Shown: one piece after another, positions 56,630 through 64,000 of the stretch
How the letters are laid out: each line of letters starts with the position of its first letter
Numbering within the stretch: position 1 is the stretch's first letter
NCBI GenBank assembly: GCA_964016885.1
Contig: OZ024741.1
Location: forward strand, 168,888,001 to 168,952,000
DNA from: Eledone cirrhosa
Lineage: Eukaryota
Direction: 5' to 3'
Length of the DNA stretch: 64,000 bases
Translations under genes and position numbers: made by a program
The notes under the pieces: model-generated
Databases searched by the model: none
What the model was told of the DNA's origin: nothing
Seen by the model: only the letters and a program-made list of their open reading frames with translations

Positions 56630-56908
56630 TTTTAGTTCGGCATGTGAAGTTGAAAAACTTCGTAGTGAATTTCTAGATTATTAAATTCTGCTAGATAACT
56701 GAATTCTCCACAATTTTCAGGATGAAGCATTAGTTTCTGAATGTGTAGATGATGCAAATGTAGAATTAATTAGAATGATTTTGACGCAAAATCATAGAAT
56801 TGATGTTTTATGGAATTATTTACAATTTTTGTCACTAAAAGATGACAGGAAAAGATTTAAGTATCTGTCTAGAGTCGTTGAGGTTTTACTTTATGTAATC
56901 CCACACTA
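56630..56908 (+). pseudogene. hAT-type transposase C-terminal relic
   Basis: Manual translation SEFLDY*...HRIDVLWNYL...KRFKYLSRVVEVLLYVIPH resembles the start of the hAT dimerisation domain. Confidence 0.5.
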
Positions 56909-56989
56909 ATACCACCAAAGAAATTTCGGGGAAAAATACATCTCACATAAATATATACTACAGGATGATATTGAAGTTTCTTTTATTAT

Positions 56990-57067
<78 letters not shown>

Positions 57068-57276
57068 CGATGTCGGCAATAGCTTATTCACCAAGCTAGT
57101 TCTGGTGTATAAAATGCATCCATAATTTTAAGATTTAAAAATGTGTAATAGAAGTATTATATATGAATAAATATGTTAGCATACAGACTTACTTAAAAGT
57201 AGCTAAAAGCTATAACACAGTTATTGTAATTCATGTTAATTTTTTCAAGTATTTTTTATTCAAGTTGACAACTTTG

Positions 57277-57469
<193 letters not shown>

Positions 57470-57853
57470 CATGTGTGTGTGTGTCTAGTGGTTTAACCAA
57501 AAGAAAATCGATAAAATAAATAAATATCAGACTTGAAAAAGTAAGTACTGGTGTTGATATGAATAAGTAAATCAATGCAGTACCCCAGTATGAACTCATT
57601 CTACTGACTGAAAGAAGTAAAAAAGAAATACTAGATGTCCATATACTCGACTAAATCAAGGCAGTTTACCTTAGCACAACCGCAGTTTGATGACTGAGAC
57701 AAGTAAAAGAATAAATTTATATTACTACTTACCTCCCCCTCTTAATGACGCAATGGCCATTCCATTGTATTTCAAGGAACTGTTATTGAACCTCCGTCGA
57801 TTCCAACAACTGTTCTAGTTGTTCAAAACAAACGAACAACTATTAAGTCATCT

Positions 57854-57917
57854 GTAGTAGTAGTAGTGGTGGGGGGGGGGGGTAGTAGCAGTAGTAGTGG
57901 TGGTGGTGGTGGTGATG

Positions 57918-57973
<56 letters not shown>

Positions 57974-58076
57974 GGTGGTGGTGGTGGTGGTGGTGGTGGT
58001 GGTGGTGGTGGTGGTGGTGGTGGTGGTGGCGGTGGTGGTAGTAGTAGTAGTAGTAGTGGTGGTGGTGGTGGTGGTG

Positions 58077-58117
<41 letters not shown>

Positions 58118-58124
58118 GGTGGTG

Positions 58125-58183
<59 letters not shown>

Positions 58184-58283
58184 GGTGGTGGTGGTGGTAG
58201 TAGTAGTAGTAATAGTAGCAGCAGTAGTAGTAGTAGTGGTAGTAGTGGTGGTGGTGGTGGTGGTGGTGGTGGTGGTAGTAGTA
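57854..58283. repeat. Alternating (GGT)n/(AGT)n microsatellite
   Basis: Direct reading. Confidence 0.95.
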
Positions 58284-59285
58284 TTTCATCAAATCAATTG
58301 CACAAAGCCTTAACTTCATAACTTCATCTAATGGTTGGTTGTATTGTAATGTGTCACCACTTCTGCTGCAAGTTGATAATATCTGCTAGTTACAACACCT
58401 GGCAAAGGAAGTGGGATTTGAACTCAGAAAGTATAGAGCTAGATGAGATGCCACAAAGTATCTTCTTCAACTCTTTATCTATGCTGATACATTATCTATT
58501 GAGGATGAAAAGGATGAAAAACAAAGATTTCCTTAGCTATATTTAAACTGCGGACAAAGTAAACTAGAACAAATGCCAAGATATTTAATCTGATGCCCTA
58601 ATGATCCTACCAATTTGAAACCTTAAATAACAATACATTAATTAGGTTAGCTTCTTAAACGATTAGAAAGAATATTTGCGAAAAGTACCATATTTTCTCA
58701 TGTATAACATGAGAAATTTTAAACAAATATTAAGGGCAAAAATGAGGGATCACATTAAACATTTCCAGGCGGTTTTACTGAGGTTTAAAACTGCTTATTT
58801 CAAATGACGAGATTGCAAATACATTTTGATAATAACTCTTTACAAATGGCATTTGATATTTCGGCAACATTTGTTACTTGAGGATCAATATAAATGATAG
58901 GCATTTGAGAAATTGGATATTTTAGGAAAATACACAAGTTTTCAAAAATATTTATAGGCATGACTGTTCTTGAGGGTCATATTATACAAAAGAGTGTTCC
59001 AATTTTTTAACCTCAGAAACAAGATTTATATTATACTCAAGTTGTATTATACACAAAGAAATATGGTAGTAAACATTAATCATCTATACACGTTTAAGAT
59101 ACTGTAATCTATATTAATGGCTCTGTTAAGAGCATTCCAAGACCTTGAAACCGCTTCACTCTTAAGAATTAAAACATGTAATGCAACTTAGCTCAAGTCT
59201 TTCCACGACCTAATATCTACAAAGTATTTCTGTCAAGAGACTGTATGATGTTTATAACACATAACAGAACAATATACTTATTATT

Positions 59286-59393
<108 letters not shown>

Positions 59394-60322
59394 CGCGCGT
59401 GCGTGTTTGTGTGTGTGAATGTGTGTGTGAATGTGTTTGTGTGTTATTTCATTCATTTGTACATATTATTTAACTTGCTTTTATTCTCGCATCAGTCATC
59501 AACTCGACCAGCTTGTTTGGATGTAACAAGAAATTGTTTTGAAGTATCCAGTCATAGTGTGCTAAACTTGCTGTGAGGCGGTGTCTAGCTACACGGGAGC
59601 CATTTTGAATGTCTCTTTCCAACTTCGGGGGTATTGTAAATGTCAACATTCATTGGCATTGTATTTTTAGTCAATTGATCTAGTGGTTAGGGTTAGAGTA
59701 TTAGATTCACGATCATAGGGTCGTATGTTTGATACCGGGACCGGGTGGTGCATTGTTTTCTTGAGCAAAATGTATTAATTCCAATTGTTCCTTCTGCTAA
59801 GAGTTGCGACTGGTAAATAGTATCAGCATAGAAAGATGAATAGAAACATTGTTTCCATGGTAAAATCTGCTGATTGTTTGCTTTCCTTTTCAAGTTAATT
59901 TTTGCATTATTTAAAAAGAATGTTGGATTGGCAGACCCGTTAGGGCATTAAAAAATATCAAGTGCGGTTATTAATTACTTCCTTTTAGTATATGAGATCA
60001 AAACCAATCGAAATCAACTTTATTTTTCATTTTAATGGGTCAATAAAATAAAGTGCCAGTCATGGACTGAGGGCGATATAATTGACTATTCCCTCGTTCT
60101 GAATTTCTGGTCTTGAGATATGTTTGAAATAATTATTTAAAAAAAAAAACTGTGAACATCGATATGTAGTTGAGAAATAAGCTTTGCAACTACTTGTATA
60201 CAAGTGTAAACCTACTTGTATGGCACCTTCAATCATAGCCTGGGATCAAACAGAGACTTGAGAATGAAATTTGGTAGATAAAAACTGGTTGGAAGACCAT
60301 TTTATAAATTTATAAATTTCAG

Positions 60323-60384
<62 letters not shown>

Positions 60385-60860
60385 ATACACACACTCACAC
60401 ATACATATATATATATATGTGTGTGTGTGCTTGGGTGTATACATACATACATGCATACATACATGATGGCTGCCCCGTCGATATCGAGTATGGCCATTGC
60501 ACAACAATATAACATTATTAATAATTATTAATTAATTCTATCGTGCAATGCCTGTGCGTAAAGATTTTTTTTAAAGTGAGGAAAGACTGTGCACTGAGCC
60601 AATCCCACTGTCTGAGCGACAGTAGCTATAACCCGAAAAGAAGAAAAGATCAACATCATCGGTAACTACTGAGCCGCAGGTTTTATGTGGGAGTTATCCT
60701 AGTTTCCCGAGTTGCCTTCTCCTAGAAGAATACCCTGACAAAGGCTAGGAGTCCTTCACTTCCAGTGGTTTAACATACATACAAACATACATACATACAT
60801 ACATACATACATACATACATACATACATACATACATACATACATACATACATACATACAT

Positions 60861-61760
60861 GATGGCTGCCAACTTGTTTTCGAGTACGGCCACTACTTTA
60901 TATCCATGTAGGAGAACCCATACCGATGCGCTGAACGAGTGTGACTTTTTAGTCCAGCCAGCGACTTGAAAACTCTGGTACAAACACTACACTTGTGACA
61001 ATTATTGACACATAGTGCTGGGCCTTTGGTACCATGTGACGACAAGTGCAGAGAGATCTCCAGATATAAAGCAATGCCTGTGCCGTGAAGCTTTTATAGT
61101 GAGCAAAGGCACTGTACAAAGCCAGTCCCACTCTCTTAACCAAGATGATATTTACTACTCGACCTGCATACCCTTCCACAAACATCACATGTCGTCCTCT
61201 GATGAACACTTATAGCTCCACAGGTGCCTGCTTCCCTGTTCTTGTGCACTCTCAGGTGACTCTTTAGAGCTGCCATGCTCAGACAAACTCTATTACAGGT
61301 CTCACATGTCAGGTCAGGCCGTCTGTCAGTGCCTTCGGGAAGGCCAACATGGATTCCCTTCCGGACATCTCTTTTTAGTGTCGCGTGCCTTCTTGTTTCC
61401 TTAAATAGACTCTTGCCACTAGCCACTAGCCACTGCTTTCTCCAATGCGATCGGTCGCTAGCGCATGCTTCCCAGTGCTCACATATATCCGGTGGATATA
61501 CGTTTTTCTGGAGGGGAAGGAACGAGGGGAGGAGGGAAGCTGGTGTCGCTTTTGCCATAAAAACAGTTATAACAGACCATTTTCAGGAGCTGCCGACAGG
61601 CGTTAGTGACAGACTGATCACTGTGAGAGTTCCTCTAGAGGGTGGAAGATATGCAACCGTGATTGGTGCTTATGCACCAACTATGGAATGCATTGATGAA
61701 GCAAAGCAGGCTTTTTATGCCGAATTAAGGTCTCTTGTCTGGAAAGTGCCTGCAGCAGAC
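60861..61760 (-). mobile_element. RTE LINE copy: 3' end on minus strand (60861-~61490) joined to an inverted APE fragment on plus strand (~61490-61760); (TACA)n both sides
   Basis: Minus strand WEACASDRSHWR + C2H2 fingers (CETCNRVC..LKSHLRVH); plus strand GYTFFWRG..GVAFAIK..SDRLITVRVPL..IGAYAPT..KQAFYAEL. Confidence 0.88.
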
Positions 61761-61845
61761 ATACATACATACATACATACATACATACATACATACATAC
61801 ATACATACATACATACATACATACATACATACATACATACATACA

Positions 61846-62232
61846 TGGTGGCTGCCAACTCGTTTTCGAGTACGGCCACTACTTTATATCCATGTAGGAG
61901 AACCCCTACCGATGCGCTGAACAAGTGTGACTTTTTAGTCCAGCCAGCGACTTGAAAACTCTGGTACAAACACTACACCTGTGACAATTATTGACACATA
62001 GTGCTGGGCCTTTGGTACCATGTGACGACAAGTGCAGAGAGATCTCCAGATATAAAGAAATGCCTGTGCCGTGAAGCTTTTATAGTGAGCAAAGGCACTG
62101 CACAAAGCCAGTCCCACTCTCTTAACCAAGATGATATTTACCAAAAAGAAGAACAAGTCAACATCATTGGATACCATCAGGGTTGCAGGTGTTATATCAG
62201 AGTTTTCCTTCTCCTAGGAGAAGGAAAAAAAA
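61846..62232 (-). mobile_element. Second copy of the bipartite RTE derivative, 5'-truncated with a 12-bp fold-back
   Basis: Near-identical to 15484-15856; ends ttttccttctcc-ta-ggagaaggaaaa. Confidence 0.85.
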
Positions 62233-62310
62233 ACATACATACATACATACATACATACATACATACATACATACATACATACATACATACATACATACAT
62301 ACATACATAC

Positions 62311-62817
62311 GTGGAAATTAGCTGCCCAGCAGATGCCAATATAATCTCAAAGATTAGTGAAAAGGAGAATATTTATGCAGAACTGATGAGAAATCTGCAG
62401 ATACTCCACCCTGATTACACCTTCAGCTTTATGCCTGTGATTATTGGGGCACTGGGATATATTAGTAACTGCCTCAATACAAATCTTGAGAAGCTGGAAC
62501 AGAAAGAACACAACTAGTTAGGAAACTACAAGTACAATCCATTAATGGAACAGTAAAAATATGTAAAACATTCCAAAGATTTTGCATCTAATAACTGCAT
62601 ATACACATGTACAGATACAAAGCATATACACATGCACACATACAACTCAAAACATCCATATCCACACATACAATAACATCCATATCTACACATGCATGCA
62701 TACATATATACCTACCTAGTTAATGTGTAAATTCCAATGAGAGAGTCTTGTGTCTATGTTAGAAACCGACTCTCTCTCTATTTGTAAAACTTTGTGAAAT
62801 TATAAAACCAGAAGAAC
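62311..62817 (+). mobile_element. RLE-type LINE 3' fragment (third family) in (TACA)n
   Basis: [20 protein letters not shown]...FMPVIIGALG. Confidence 0.75.
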
Positions 62818-63639
62818 ATACATACATACATACATACATACATACATACATACATACATACATACATACATACATAGATACATACATATTCTTGTATACT
62901 TCCAGACTTAGGAAAATCAGTCACTTTAGAAATGTGTTTAGATGGAAATGCATGCATCCATGGGCACTTCATTGCTAATGGTGTTGTAGGAGTTCTGTAG
63001 TGACATGCAGTCTGTCTGGAGCATTTAAACTTGGCAGATCCCATCCCTCTTCAGGTTTGAACACAGCCAGTTTCTTATTAAGAAAAAGGGACCAAGAATG
63101 AGGAGAGAGGAAATGAGAAAAACACATGGAGAAAGAAACGACTCCAGTGTTGGTATGGTATTTTATTGACCTCAAAAAGGGTGAAAGACAAAATTGATCA
63201 GGTGGGATCTGAATTGATGGTACTGAGAGCCGACATGAATACTGCGAAGCATTCTATCTGCCATTCTGCCAATTCGTCACCTTTTAGGTGGTAATGGGGT
63301 ATAACCATTGTAAACTTTGGTCTATACCATGAGTGGAGTTTTCCCTGGGCAACTGTTGATAACTGAACAATTTATTTCAATTAATTGAGCTATTCTGCAA
63401 TTATCTAAACATATCTGTGCTGCATATCAAACAACTATCAGTATTTGTATTTATATCGTCTGCACGTTTTTGTTTGCCCATACTCACGCTTTTATTCTTT
63501 TACTAGTTTCAATCATTAGAGAGTATACTTACAGGGGCTCACTCTTAAAGAGATCAGATTTAGTTGATCATATTAATCCCAGAACTTATTTTCCCTAACC
63601 TGGTAGTTATTGTATAAAAGCATATACGATATGTTTATG

Positions 63640-63852
63640 TATAATTGTTTCTGCATTTGACATAAGATCAGCAATTTAAAGGTGGATACGACTAAATCGA
63701 TCCCAGTGCGTTACTGGTACTTTATTTTATCGACCCCGTAAGGATGAAAGGCAAAGCAAAGCTAACCTCGGCTGGATTGAAACGAATAGAGCCATAACTA
63801 AATGCTGCAAAGCATTTTGTCCGACGCCCTACCGATTCTGCCAATCCACCGC
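63640..63852 (-). mobile_element. tRNA-derived SINE
   Basis: Reverse copy of the SINE core, ending ccaatccaccgc. Confidence 0.8.
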
Positions 63853-64000
63853 ATGTAATAATAATAAATATATGAGAGTACCACTATGATTGTCAACGCT
63901 ATGTTAAACCCAATTCTAATTACCTATAACCAGTCAATTTCAAACTATGTGTAAATAAGCATCCTGTAACAATATTTCATATGCAAAAACTATATAGACT

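Overview
AT-rich, microsatellite-saturated eukaryotic DNA made almost entirely of transposable elements. The repeat complement suggests an invertebrate, probably an octopus or other cephalopod (inference). No host gene could be supported. Recognisable elements are: R4/Dong-type RLE LINEs in (TAA)n; Tx1/L1-clade LINEs, one near full length at ~41.6-47.3 kb; three Penelope-like (RT + GIY-YIG) relics; RTE LINE relics and RTE-derived bipartite elements; a CRE fragment; many tRNA-derived SINEs; TTAA-flanked MITEs; a probable Helitron; and a hAT relic. The main signal is absent from the ORF track. At least 12 small non-coding inserts sit in (TA)n tracts, and I could read about 15 type-I hammerhead ribozyme (HHR) motifs from about 10 apparently unrelated families, several with intact catalytic cores. 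Most inserts share one architecture: (TA)n - inverted arm ending at a fixed internal site - long arm plus a 35-165 nt tail - (TA)n. Many tails begin with a shared ACTC...GAGTRCT stem. Three inserts are circularly permuted 311-455 nt one-HHR monomers (retrozyme-like). Together they suggest a Penelope-driven, microsatellite-targeted ribozyme retro-element system that primes at two fixed sites. All folds and alignments were done by eye, and coordinates of degraded elements are approximate.
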